Shown here: positions 47,859 to 56,019 of the stretch, piece after piece | How positions within the stretch are numbered: position 1 is the first letter of the stretch | Layout: the number at the start of each line of letters is the position of its first letter | From: an uncultured Clostridium sp. | Lineage (GTDB): Bacteria > Bacillota > Clostridia > TANB77 > CAG-508 | Direction of reading: 5' to 3' | DNA: 64,000 bases | NCBI GenBank assembly: GCA_947364715.1 | Contig: CANAUI010000004.1 | Span: 7,454 to 71,453, forward strand | Notes under the pieces: generated by a model | The model's input: the letters and a program-made list of their open reading frames with translations, nothing else | Told to the model about the DNA's origin: nothing | Databases searched by the model: none | Made by a program: the position numbers and the translations under genes

Positions 47859-48386
47859 TTACTCAATATTATTTTCTAATTCCTTCAAGATAACAGTTTC
47901 TTGGTCTCCCTGAGTATAATCTGTATGAAACATTTTAGATTCATTATTTTCTGTAACTTTAATTCCTTTTACATAAAAGATATTGTGACTTGTTTCATTA
48001 ATAATATAAATATCTGTTAAATCTGCTAAATTTTCATAATCATTTACTTTATATTTTTCATAATCTTTGCCATAATTTAAAGTTAATCCATCTATTTTTT
48101 TTAATTCTAAAACTAGAAATCTTCCTATATCATTTGCTCCTATAATTCCTGCATTTTCCAAATTTGTAATATCTGGATATTCTGTCTGAGCAGGTATTTC
48201 ACCATATTTCGTATAATATGCAGATACTTTATCTTTTAAATTTGATATATCATTTTGCATACTTGTCAAATTTTTTATGTGTATACTATCCATTGTAGAA
48301 TAAAGTAGCATTCCTGTTATTATTAAAATAATTATAACCACTATAGTTAATGCTACTAATGTAACACCTTTTTCATTTTTTATCAT
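47859..48386 (-). CDS. Pilin-like protein with atypical prepilin-type N-terminus (Ala at +5)
   Basis: MIKNEKG|VTLVALTIVVIIILIITG resembles K-G-[FV]-T-L-[IV]-E-hydrophobic helix, but has A where the conserved Glu sits. GGAGG RBS. The first ATG at 48392 is also possible. Confidence 0.55.
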   Translation of the reverse strand: MIKNEKGVTLVALTIVVIIILIITGMLLYSTMDSIHIKNLTSMQNDISNLKDKVSAYYTKYGEIPAQTEYPDITNLENAGIIGANDIGRFLVLELKKIDGLTLNYGKDYEKYKVNDYENLADLTDIYIINETSHNIFYVKGIKVTENNESKMFHTDYTQGDQETVILKELENNIE

Positions 48387-48513
48387 TTGCATTTACCTCC
48401 AAATTTACTGTATATAGTTTACTATTAATTAATTTTATTTTCAATAGAAATATATGGATTTCCATAAAATTTGCGAAAATCGTTACAAATCACATACAAC
48501 AAATATATGAAAT

Positions 48514-49179
48514 TTAATTAATTAAATCTTTTTGCATTATATCATACAATATTTTTCGGTTTTTATATATTTTTTCCTCTTTCATTTGTAATCCCCATAA
48601 GAACATAACTATTAAAAATATAGCAATGTTTTTTAAATATAATATTGCTATACTACTACTTATTGTTAAAATAATTAAAGTGATATAAGATATTCTATAT
48701 ATGTATTTTTCGGCTATATATTTTCCTTTAAAAATATAAATAATACTCTTTAGTATTCTTCCTCCATCTAAAGGATATATTGGTAATATGTTAAATATAA
48801 TTAACGTTATATTTGAAAATATCATTATCATTTTATAATAATTATTAAAACTAAAAATTTTAAACATCACAAGAATAATAATCATTAATATATTTATTAC
48901 TGGACCAGCCAATGCAACAAATATTTTTTTTAATTCTAAGAGATTCCCCTTTTTTATCTTGATATTATAATCTTTTCTTGAGATACTAAAATCAATAGAT
49001 ACTCCAAATGGTTTTATTTCTATCTTTTCTGGTCTCATTCCCAATAAAAGTCCTGCTAACAAATGTCCAAATTCATGTATAATAGCAAATGTCATTATCA
49101 TACCATATATTTTTATTTGATTTGTTACAAAAAACAATATAGCAAGTATAAATATTTTTAAATCAATTCTGAACTTCAT
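48514..49179 (-). CDS. spoIVFB: M50 site-2 protease, SpoIVFB-like
   Basis: 221 aa, polytopic, with HEFGH and NILPIYPLDGGRIL motifs. Confidence 0.75.
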   Translation of the reverse strand: MKFRIDLKIFILAILFFVTNQIKIYGMIMTFAIIHEFGHLLAGLLLGMRPEKIEIKPFGVSIDFSISRKDYNIKIKKGNLLELKKIFVALAGPVINILMIIILVMFKIFSFNNYYKMIMIFSNITLIIFNILPIYPLDGGRILKSIIYIFKGKYIAEKYIYRISYITLIILTISSSIAILYLKNIAIFLIVMFLWGLQMKEEKIYKNRKILYDIMQKDLIN

Positions 49180-49190
49180 TTTTTTCTCCT

Positions 49191-50111
49191 TTATAATTCT
49201 AATATCTTTTGAGGATTTACCGTCCTTTCTGAAATTCTAATTTCAAAATGTAAATGTGGACCAGTTGAATTACCTGTAGAGCCTACTTCTGCTATTTCTT
49301 GTCCTTGTGTAACTACATCTCCTTCTTTTACATATAATGCATTACAATGTGCATAAATAATACTAACTTCACCTATTTGTATTTTTATATGTTTTCCATA
49401 ATCTCCCTCTTCTGAGGCTAAAACTACTTGACCTTCAGTAGCAGATTTTATTTTAGTCCCTGTTGATGTTGCTATGTCTGTTCCTGTATGATTTTTAGGT
49501 ACACTTCCTGTAGCAGTCTCTCTATATCCATATATAGAGCTAATTGTTCCTTCTACTGGTTTTGTAAAATTTGTTGTATTTTTTACATTAATAATATCTT
49601 GCTCCTCTTGAGACAGGATTTTGCCTTCTTCTAATGTTTCAGTTCCTTCTCCCTTTTCTTCTGTTGCCCCTCCAATTCCATTATTTATTTTTGTATCTTC
49701 TGTTGTGTCTTTAGTTATATTTTCTTCATCATTTTCTTGACTTCCATTTTGGTTTTCTTCCTCTTGTGGACTTTTATTCAATTTATTAAAAATTCCTTTT
49801 ACATAATTTTGTGCATCTTCATATAAATTTTTAAAATCAATATCATAAGAAATTATTTCATCTACTTTGTTAATGAAGTCTTCTGAAAATATATATTGCT
49901 TATTTTGTATTGTATAAATAATTAAATAAATACATATACAAACCAATAGTTGAATAAACATTTTTTTTAATAATTTTATATCTCTTTTTTCATTTTTATC
50001 TTTTCTGTCCTGCTCATTATTGCTAACTGTTAATCCTTCATTTCTTTTTTTTCGCTCATAAATTTCTTCTGCTCGTCTTATTCTCTCTTCTACTGTCATT
50101 GTTCTTTCCAT
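49191..50111 (-). CDS. Membrane-anchored M23/LytM peptidase (in the SpoIVFA position)
   Basis: One TM, a low-complexity linker, and an M23 domain with HTGTDI and an intact HLHFEI. Confidence 0.8.
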   Translation of the reverse strand: MERTMTVEERIRRAEEIYERKKRNEGLTVSNNEQDRKDKNEKRDIKLLKKMFIQLLVCICIYLIIYTIQNKQYIFSEDFINKVDEIISYDIDFKNLYEDAQNYVKGIFNKLNKSPQEEENQNGSQENDEENITKDTTEDTKINNGIGGATEEKGEGTETLEEGKILSQEEQDIINVKNTTNFTKPVEGTISSIYGYRETATGSVPKNHTGTDIATSTGTKIKSATEGQVVLASEEGDYGKHIKIQIGEVSIIYAHCNALYVKEGDVVTQGQEIAEVGSTGNSTGPHLHFEIRISERTVNPQKILEL

Positions 50112-50172
50112 AAAAAAACACCTCTTCCTTGGTTTCTTGTTAAACTATATGTTTGGAAAAGATGTTTTATAC

Positions 50173-50508
50173 CTATTTAATAATTAATAATATAAATTGT
50201 AGTAACATAATAATACTTGCTATATATGCATATTTTTTTAATTTTTTATTTACTTTTGAGTTTAAAATCACTTCTTTTTCAGATTTTTCTACTCTTTCTA
50301 TATATTCTGATACTAACATTTCAGCTTCTTTTATTGCATACTGACTGTCTTCATTTTCTCTATTTACTTGATTTTTTTCAGTATTTTTGTTTATCTTTTG
50401 GAATTTTTTTATCATTTTGTTAGATTTAAAAACCACATAGGCTTCTTTCACTATATTTGATGGTAAATCTTTTATAATTATCATATTTTTTAAATCGATA
50501 TCTTCCAT
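50173..50508 (-). CDS. Hypothetical tail-anchored membrane protein
   Basis: 111 aa with a charged N-terminal region and a single C-terminal TM (YAYIASIIMLLQFILLII). I recognise no family. Confidence 0.5.
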   Translation of the reverse strand: MEDIDLKNMIIIKDLPSNIVKEAYVVFKSNKMIKKFQKINKNTEKNQVNRENEDSQYAIKEAEMLVSEYIERVEKSEKEVILNSKVNKKLKKYAYIASIIMLLQFILLIIK

Positions 50509-50567
50509 CTGTACCTCCTTAGTTTCTTATGTATTTATTTTAAGTATTTCCATAATTTCTCATTTTA

Positions 50568-50606
50568 TACAAAAAAGAACTTTTAAGATTGCTCCTAAAA
50601 GTTCTT
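50568..50606 (-). terminator. Terminator after the 364-aa pilin-like gene
   Basis: Minus strand reads AAGAACTTTTA-GGAGCAATCT-TAAAAGTTCTT TTTTGT. Confidence 0.6.
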
Positions 50607-50645
50607 ACTTGTTACTACTTAAGTATTTTTAGTTTTATTTTTACA

Positions 50646-51740
50646 TTAACATGTATAATCATCTAATTTGTATTTACTATTGAACACTGATGTTGGTATA
50701 CAAACTACAGGACGAATAGCTGATGATATTCCTGTAACATTCTCTTGGAATATTGAGTCACTCATTATATAACACTCATAATTTTCATCCCATAGTTGGT
50801 TAGGTGATGCAATCCACCATGTAGTAGAACTGTTTTTATTGTATATTCCTTCATTATCATCAACATTTAATAGGCTAGGCAATGTTGGAGTATTATACCC
50901 TATTGTGTTTGCACTTAATTCCACTTTTGTAGATTTGTTATTTCTATTATTAAAAGATGCAGTAAATAATTCGATTGTTGGGCTTCCTATAGCAAATACA
51001 GCATCACCATTTGTATATTTACTCCACTTACTTGTATCTGTTAACCATGCAGTTGCTCTAATATTTGAATTTTTATTGCTTGATGTAAATAATGAATTTA
51101 TCATTGGATTTAATTTTTTTCCTATTGTACTTACATCTGCTCCACTAGCATAATTTGAATACTGTTCACTTGGTTTATAATTCCCAATACAATTATCAGA
51201 AATTAAATATGTATAGTTATTATCTTGGTAAAATAATCTCCATCCTCCTGTTTCTGCCTCTTCAACATTATAATTTGTTACTTTACTTCCATATTTATTT
51301 GTATTTTTAGCATCTGATGCACTTGTTCCTAATGTAAATGTATTTTCATCAAATTCAGGAACTTGTGGTACATCTTCTCCTCCAAATGTTCCATCATATA
51401 AATCTGATACTTTCATTTTGTAACTTCCATATTCTGCTTTTGCTGTAATTTCAGTTTCTAATGTATAATCATCTGGTACATCTGTAAAATATTTATCTAG
51501 TATTGTTTTTAATTGGGTTTTACTTATATCTGCCGTTTTATTTCCTGCTTGTTCTCCCAATATGTCTGTTTTTACTCTTTCTTTTATTCCTGCTATTTCT
51601 GTTTGAGTCTTAGCATTTTCTGCTTTGGTCAATAATCCATTATCTCCTGTTAACATTGCTATTGATACACCAGCTAAAATCAATAACACAATAATTGTAA
51701 TTACTAACGCAATTAATGTTACACCTTTACTTTGTTTCAT
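50646..51740 (-). CDS. Large pilin-like surface protein with atypical prepilin-type N-terminus (Ala at +5)
   Basis: MKQSKG|VTLIALVITIIVLLILAGVSIAMLTGDNGLLTKAENAK. The C-terminal globular part carries TWWIASP ... AIRPVVCIP. ATG 51740 follows AGGAGG. Confidence 0.6.
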   Translation of the reverse strand: MKQSKGVTLIALVITIIVLLILAGVSIAMLTGDNGLLTKAENAKTQTEIAGIKERVKTDILGEQAGNKTADISKTQLKTILDKYFTDVPDDYTLETEITAKAEYGSYKMKVSDLYDGTFGGEDVPQVPEFDENTFTLGTSASDAKNTNKYGSKVTNYNVEEAETGGWRLFYQDNNYTYLISDNCIGNYKPSEQYSNYASGADVSTIGKKLNPMINSLFTSSNKNSNIRATAWLTDTSKWSKYTNGDAVFAIGSPTIELFTASFNNRNNKSTKVELSANTIGYNTPTLPSLLNVDDNEGIYNKNSSTTWWIASPNQLWDENYECYIMSDSIFQENVTGISSAIRPVVCIPTSVFNSKYKLDDYTC

Positions 51741-51783
51741 TTTTTCATTCCTCCTCATTTGTCTTTTTATTTTATCTGTTTAT

Positions 51784-51812
51784 ATATTATTCTATCCCTA
51801 CTTTTTTGTCAA
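51784..51812 (-). promoter_or_regulatory. Putative sigma-A promoter of the 364-aa pilin-like gene
   Basis: Minus strand reads TTGACA-17 nt-TAATAT. Confidence 0.5.
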
Positions 51813-51837
51813 GAATTATATTATACTTTTATAGTAC

Positions 51838-51927
51838 CAAAAACCTCCAATCTTTATCAAATTGAATTCTAAACATTTTTAGAATTCATCCAATAAATCT
51901 TGGAAGTTTATTGCTTTATTTCATTTA
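51838..51927. repeat. 90-bp direct repeat, copy A (boundary of the decayed integrative element)
   Basis: More than 90 percent identical by eye to 54141-54232. Contains the palindrome GAATTCTAAA-N5-TTTAGAATTC. Confidence 0.8.
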
Positions 51928-51958
51928 CTGCCCTATTTACAATGCTTCTAGCTATCAT

Positions 51959-52726
51959 CTAGTTATTCTCTATGCACTCTTTAAGTATTAATGACTTACC
52001 ACTAGACTTGTCCCCATTTAGCCACAAATATGGAACATACATAAATAACTTGAAAAAATATGTATGAATTATCCATGTAACTAATACTGCATAGATATTT
52101 TCATCTTCTAAAAACACATATTTCTTTATAATGTTTCTAAGCTTAGAATATACCTCTGACATTTTTACTTTTGCCTTTCCTTGTATAAACTTTGCTACAG
52201 TTTTAGGTAAAAGCTTACTCATAGAAGTCGACATGCTTTTTAATTTTATATTTTTATCTCTACAGTTCTCATACTCATATACATTTCCTACAGATGTAAC
52301 AATATATTTTGTATCACCTTTAAAAAATGTATATATCATTCCTTCTTGTTCATTATAATCCATTACAGGGTCAATTTCTATAATGTTTGTTGTTTGTAGC
52401 AATTCCTTTACAAGTTTTTGTTTATTTTCTGCTGATTGTATTTCAGCAAATAATATTTGAACATCTTTTTCTTTTAATTTAAATCTTTCTTTTATCACAC
52501 TTTTTACAAATCCCCTTAGCTCTCTTGTGTCAATATTTTCAAATTCTTCATTTATAAAATCCTTTAATTTCTGTAATGGATTTTCTATTGGTATTATCTC
52601 CAATTCATCTAATTTTTCTTCTATTTGTTTTCTGCATATATAGGTGATAATATTGGATAAATTAGTAATCAAAAAAGATAATAAAGGAAATGATACAGTA
52701 ACTAGAACAATTAGAATGAATGGCAA
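51959..52726 (-). pseudogene. Truncated P-loop NTPase of a mobile-element replication/primase-associated type (DUF3631-like pattern)
   Basis: KYVFLEDENIYAVLVTWIIHTYFFKLFMYVPYLWLNGDKSSGKS, then a stop about 12 codons after Walker A. The 5' end of the ORF overlaps the convergent RHH gene, so the real start is uncertain. Confidence 0.45.
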
Positions 52727-52835
52727 TACTTTTGATAAAGTAAGCAGTCTTGCCGAAAAAAATGATATTAGCTTTAATAGTGTTATTAAGCAAATTATTG
52801 AATTTGGATTAGAACATTTAGATGAAAAGAATTAA
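52653..52835 (+). CDS. Ribbon-helix-helix (CopG/Arc-like) DNA-binding protein
   Basis: RTIRMNGNTFDKVSSLAEKNDISFNSVIKQIIEFGLEHL fits a beta-strand/helix/helix layout. TTG 52653 follows AGGTGA. Confidence 0.6.
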   Translation: MDKLVIKKDNKGNDTVTRTIRMNGNTFDKVSSLAEKNDISFNSVIKQIIEFGLEHLDEKN

Positions 52836-52845
52836 AGTTTTATAT

Positions 52846-52874
52846 TTGACATATAATGGAATATATGCTATTAT
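52846..52874 (+). promoter_or_regulatory. Near-consensus extended -10 sigma-A promoter
   Basis: TTGACA-17 nt-(TGc)TATTAT. Confidence 0.6.
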
Positions 52875-52880
52875 ATAGTT

Positions 52881-52952
52881 ACATTAGGATGAGTCCAGTT
52901 CTGCAGATGTCATTCGTTCTGTATGTGTACTGCAACTACACATACTTTTTTT
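52881..52952 (+). ncRNA. Candidate small RNA of about 70 nt (promoter plus intrinsic terminator, no translatable ORF)
   Basis: The predicted transcript forms stem GGATGA/TCATTC and then terminator GTATGTGTA-CTGCAAC-TACACATAC TTTTTTT. The only ATG lacks a properly spaced RBS. Confidence 0.35.
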
Positions 52953-52995
52953 ATGTAAAAAAACAGAGTAGACTGCAACTTCTACTCTGTTTTGA
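52953..52995. terminator. Second, bidirectional terminator hairpin carrying the same CTGCAAC loop
   Basis: AAAAAAA CAGAGTAGA-CTGCAAC-TTCTACTCTG TTTT. Confidence 0.6.
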
Positions 52996-53011
52996 CTTAT
53001 GTATAAATACA

Positions 53012-53110
53012 TTAGTCTTCGGTTTTGTCTTGTTGTTTTGCCTTGATAGCTTCATCTTTTTCTTTCAAAAGCATTTCCACTAACTTCAAAACAAGTTCTG
53101 CGTTTGTCAT
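53012..53110 (-). CDS. 32-aa helical charged peptide of unknown function
   Basis: MTNAELVLKLVEMLLKEKDEAIKAKQQDKTED with a GGGGTGA RBS and its own terminator. It may be a real small gene or the 5' stump of a lost gene. Confidence 0.35.
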   Translation of the reverse strand: MTNAELVLKLVEMLLKEKDEAIKAKQQDKTED

Positions 53111-53306
53111 CCTGTTCTCACCCCTTTCTACCTTTTAGAAAAAGGTTGGTAATATTTTACAATACTTTTGGGTAAAAAACAATGCCAATAGACATATTTC
53201 TATAATTTTATTAATCTTAATTCTAGTATAGTTTTTAAAATTATACTGGACTGCATTTTTCTATATATATCAATGCCTTCTACATTTCAGTCCAATAGTC
53301 CAATGA

Positions 53307-53513
53307 TTACAAGTCTAACCTTATATTCTCATCATTATCTAATTTTATTTCTATTGTTTTTCTCTTTTCATTAAATAATATACTATAAACCATAAATGTT
53401 TCTATTTTTATTTCTATAATACCTTCTTTCTCATCTATAAAAATCATTTTATTAGAAGTAATCACAAATGCTAATTTATTAATATGTATATTTCCACTAA
53501 TAACTCCCTCCAA
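53307..53513 (-). CDS. Hypothetical ORF abutting the integrase breakpoint
   Basis: 68 aa from a TTG start. The frame is open for a further 18 codons upstream, back to the integrase stop region. I recognise no family. Confidence 0.3.
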   Translation of the reverse strand: MEGVISGNIHINKLAFVITSNKMIFIDEKEGIIEIKIETFMVYSILFNEKRKTIEIKLDNDENIRLDL

Positions 53514-53557
53514 TTTTATTTCTAACTCTTTTTCCCTATATTCCTTTAATAACTCTC

Positions 53558-54139
53558 TTAACTCCGTTCATTAAAGTTAATATCTGTTTCATCTCTTATC
53601 ATAAGGCATTCTCCACAACGCATTCCAGTATCAAGAATAAGTTGTGTAATTACATAATCTCTGTACTCATGAAATCTAGAAGAATCAAAGCACCTAAATA
53701 AATTATTCATTTCTTTATCATCTAAATATCCTTTCACTTTCCTTGGTGTCTTAATTACTTTCACTTTTTGTACAGGATTTATCTTTATTAATCTATTCTC
53801 ATACATATAGTTAAAATAGACTCTTATATTTCTAGTATAATTATTTACAGTAGCTATACTCACTTTTTTTACAAAATCTCGTCTATGCTCTGGAATATTT
53901 TGTTTCTTACTATGACTATCACTAACCACTGTGTATTTGCCTCTTTCTTTTACATTTGCAATATAATTTTTTATATGTGTTTCTGTTACTTGATTAGAAT
54001 TTTTAATATTACATTCATCTTTTAAATATTGTAAAAATAATTTTAAAGTTTGGTCATAACTTCTAATTGTATTTGTTGCTAGTCCTTTATAATCACAATA
54101 GGAAAGAAAATCATCCACCTCCATATCAATTTTTTCCAT
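53558..54139 (-). pseudogene. Tyrosine recombinase/integrase, 3'-truncated
   Basis: SAM-like N-terminal domain (FLSYCDYKGLATNTIRSYDQTLKLFLQYL) and the first catalytic Arg box (LDTGMRCGE), then a stop. The His/Arg/Tyr boxes are missing. ATG 54139 follows GGAGG. Confidence 0.7.
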
Positions 54140-54140
54140 A

Positions 54141-54232
54141 CAAAAAAACCTCCAATCTTTATCAAATTTCATTCTAAACATTTCTAGAATTCATCCAATA
54201 AATTTTGGAAGTTTATTGCTTTTATTTATTTT
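54141..54232. repeat. 90-bp direct repeat, copy B (includes the integrase RBS and leader)
   Basis: See 51838-51927. Confidence 0.8.
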
Positions 54233-54354
54233 AGTTTATTGCATTCCTAGCAAATTTTCTACTTGATTTATTACCAATAACTCATAATTGATTGGTAGTA
54301 AATGCAAATCATGTAACTGTTGTATTGCTTACTATTAGATGATTATAGCATATC

Positions 54355-55179
54355 TTACGCACTCTTAAGTTCAAGTCTTAATTTATCAGCAATCATTGCT
54401 ATAAATTCACTATTTGTTGGTTTTCCTTTAGCAGCTGAAATAGTATATCCAAAAATATTTTCCACAGCTTCTTGTTGTCCTCTTCCCCATGCTACTTCAA
54501 TAGCATGTCTAATAGCTCTTTCTACACGACTTGGTGTTGTGTTAAATTTATGAGCAATTTGTGGGTATAAACTTTTTGTAATTTGATTAATTACATCTAT
54601 ATCATTTACTACCATCATAATAGCTTCTCTTAAATATTGATATCCTTTAATATGTGCAGGTACTCCCACCTCATGAATAATATTTGTTACTAATGCTTCT
54701 AAATTTTCTTCTGTTTTTGCATTACCAGAAGATATTTCTATGTATTGTGGTTTTATATCTCTAGTCATAAAATTATTATTTGTATTTGAAGTTGCTGGTT
54801 TATAAAATTTGAACTCTCTTATTCTTTTTATTAATACTTCAATATCAAATGGTTTTACAACATAATATTGAGCTCCTAATTCTATTGCTCTTTGTGTTAT
54901 TTTATCTTGTCCAACTGCTGATAACATTATACAAATTGGTTTTTTAGCTATTTTTATTTTATTAATATTTTCTAACACACCTAGACCATCTAAATGTGGC
55001 ATAATTACATCTAATAAGATTATGTCAGGTACTGTATTAGCAATAATATCTATTACTTCTGTTCCATCTTTTGCTTTTGCAATAACCTCCATATCTTCTT
55101 GTGCATCTATATATGATGCCAATGTTTGACTAAATTCTTGATTGTCATCTGCAATTAAAACTGTAATTTTTTCTTTCAT
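54355..55179 (-). CDS. spo0A: Sporulation master regulator Spo0A
   Basis: 274 aa with a receiver domain ([16 protein letters not shown]) and the Spo0A-specific C-terminus ([35 protein letters not shown]). Confidence 0.95.
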   Translation of the reverse strand: MKEKITVLIADDNQEFSQTLASYIDAQEDMEVIAKAKDGTEVIDIIANTVPDIILLDVIMPHLDGLGVLENINKIKIAKKPICIMLSAVGQDKITQRAIELGAQYYVVKPFDIEVLIKRIREFKFYKPATSNTNNNFMTRDIKPQYIEISSGNAKTEENLEALVTNIIHEVGVPAHIKGYQYLREAIMMVVNDIDVINQITKSLYPQIAHKFNTTPSRVERAIRHAIEVAWGRGQQEAVENIFGYTISAAKGKPTNSEFIAMIADKLRLELKSA

Positions 55180-55291
55180 AATTTTTCCTCCAAAAATAAA
55201 TTGTAAATATCTTACAATTCAGATTATATTATTACAGATGATAAATTGCAAGATAAACTGGTAATTTTTTCCAGCTTTTTTTACAAAACGA

Positions 55292-55930
55292 TTATTTTTG
55301 TATACTTTTTTCTATATATTTTTTATATAAAACTTCTATATTCAATAAATTAATATTTTTTAATACATAATCTTTTAATAAAATATCTTTTTTATCTTCT
55401 TCCATCTGTATTTTACAAACAATTTCTTCTGTATAACTGACATCTTTTATTTGAATATCATTATTTTTACAATAATATTTAAATTTTTCAAAATAGTTAT
55501 ATTCTAAATTCACTTTACATTCTATTCCTATTGTAAGTTCTAATAATTCACTTTCTTCAATTGCTTTTTGTAAACTATCTGAATATGCTCTAACTAAACC
55601 ACCAGTCCCTAGTAATATTCCTCCAAAATATCTTGTTACAACAATTAACACATTTACCAAATTACTTTTTTGTAAAATATTTAACATAGGTGCTCCTGCT
55701 GTTCCAGAAGGCTCACCATTATCACTAAATCTTTCTACTATATTTTCCTCTTCAAGTATTCTATATGAGATACAATTATGTCTTGCATCAAAATATTTTT
55801 TCTTTATTTTTTTTATTTCTTCTTCTGCCTGTTCCTTTGATGTTACTTTTATAAAATTTGCAATAAATTTTGACTTTTTTATAACAATTTCTGTTTCTAT
55901 TCTATCTTTTATTGTTAAATAACGATTCAT
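55292..55930 (-). CDS. yigZ: YigZ/IMPACT-family protein
   Basis: 212 aa with KKSKFIA, ARHNCISYR, DNGEPSGTAG and VVTRYFGGILLG. Confidence 0.85.
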   Translation of the reverse strand: MNRYLTIKDRIETEIVIKKSKFIANFIKVTSKEQAEEEIKKIKKKYFDARHNCISYRILEEENIVERFSDNGEPSGTAGAPMLNILQKSNLVNVLIVVTRYFGGILLGTGGLVRAYSDSLQKAIEESELLELTIGIECKVNLEYNYFEKFKYYCKNNDIQIKDVSYTEEIVCKIQMEEDKKDILLKDYVLKNINLLNIEVLYKKYIEKSIQK

Positions 55931-56019
55931 TTTTAATTCCTTTTCTTTAACACTTTAGTAACATTAAAATCTCCAAAAAGTTCAAACTGTAATTTAAATA
56001 CTTTTTCATAAATAAACTA

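Larger units (their letters stand above)
51838..54232. mobile_element. Decayed integrative mobile element remnant bounded by about 90-bp direct repeats
   Basis: Contains a truncated tyrosine integrase, a truncated P-loop replication-type gene, an RHH gene, orphan small ORFs and locally higher G+C (52880-53110). Confidence 0.6.

Noticed and set aside
52560-52726. Hydrophobic N-terminus (MPFILIVLVTVSFPLLSF..) of the 255-aa P-loop ORF
   Set aside because: This part overlaps the convergent RHH gene on the other strand and has no RBS. It is more likely an untranslated read-through than a real membrane anchor.
52856-53083. Hydrophobic 64-75-aa plus-strand ORF as a type I toxin opposite the 32-aa gene
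   Set aside because: There is no spaced RBS, and the frame runs through two strong intrinsic terminators, so it is unlikely to be translated. The region is better explained as a short non-coding transcript.
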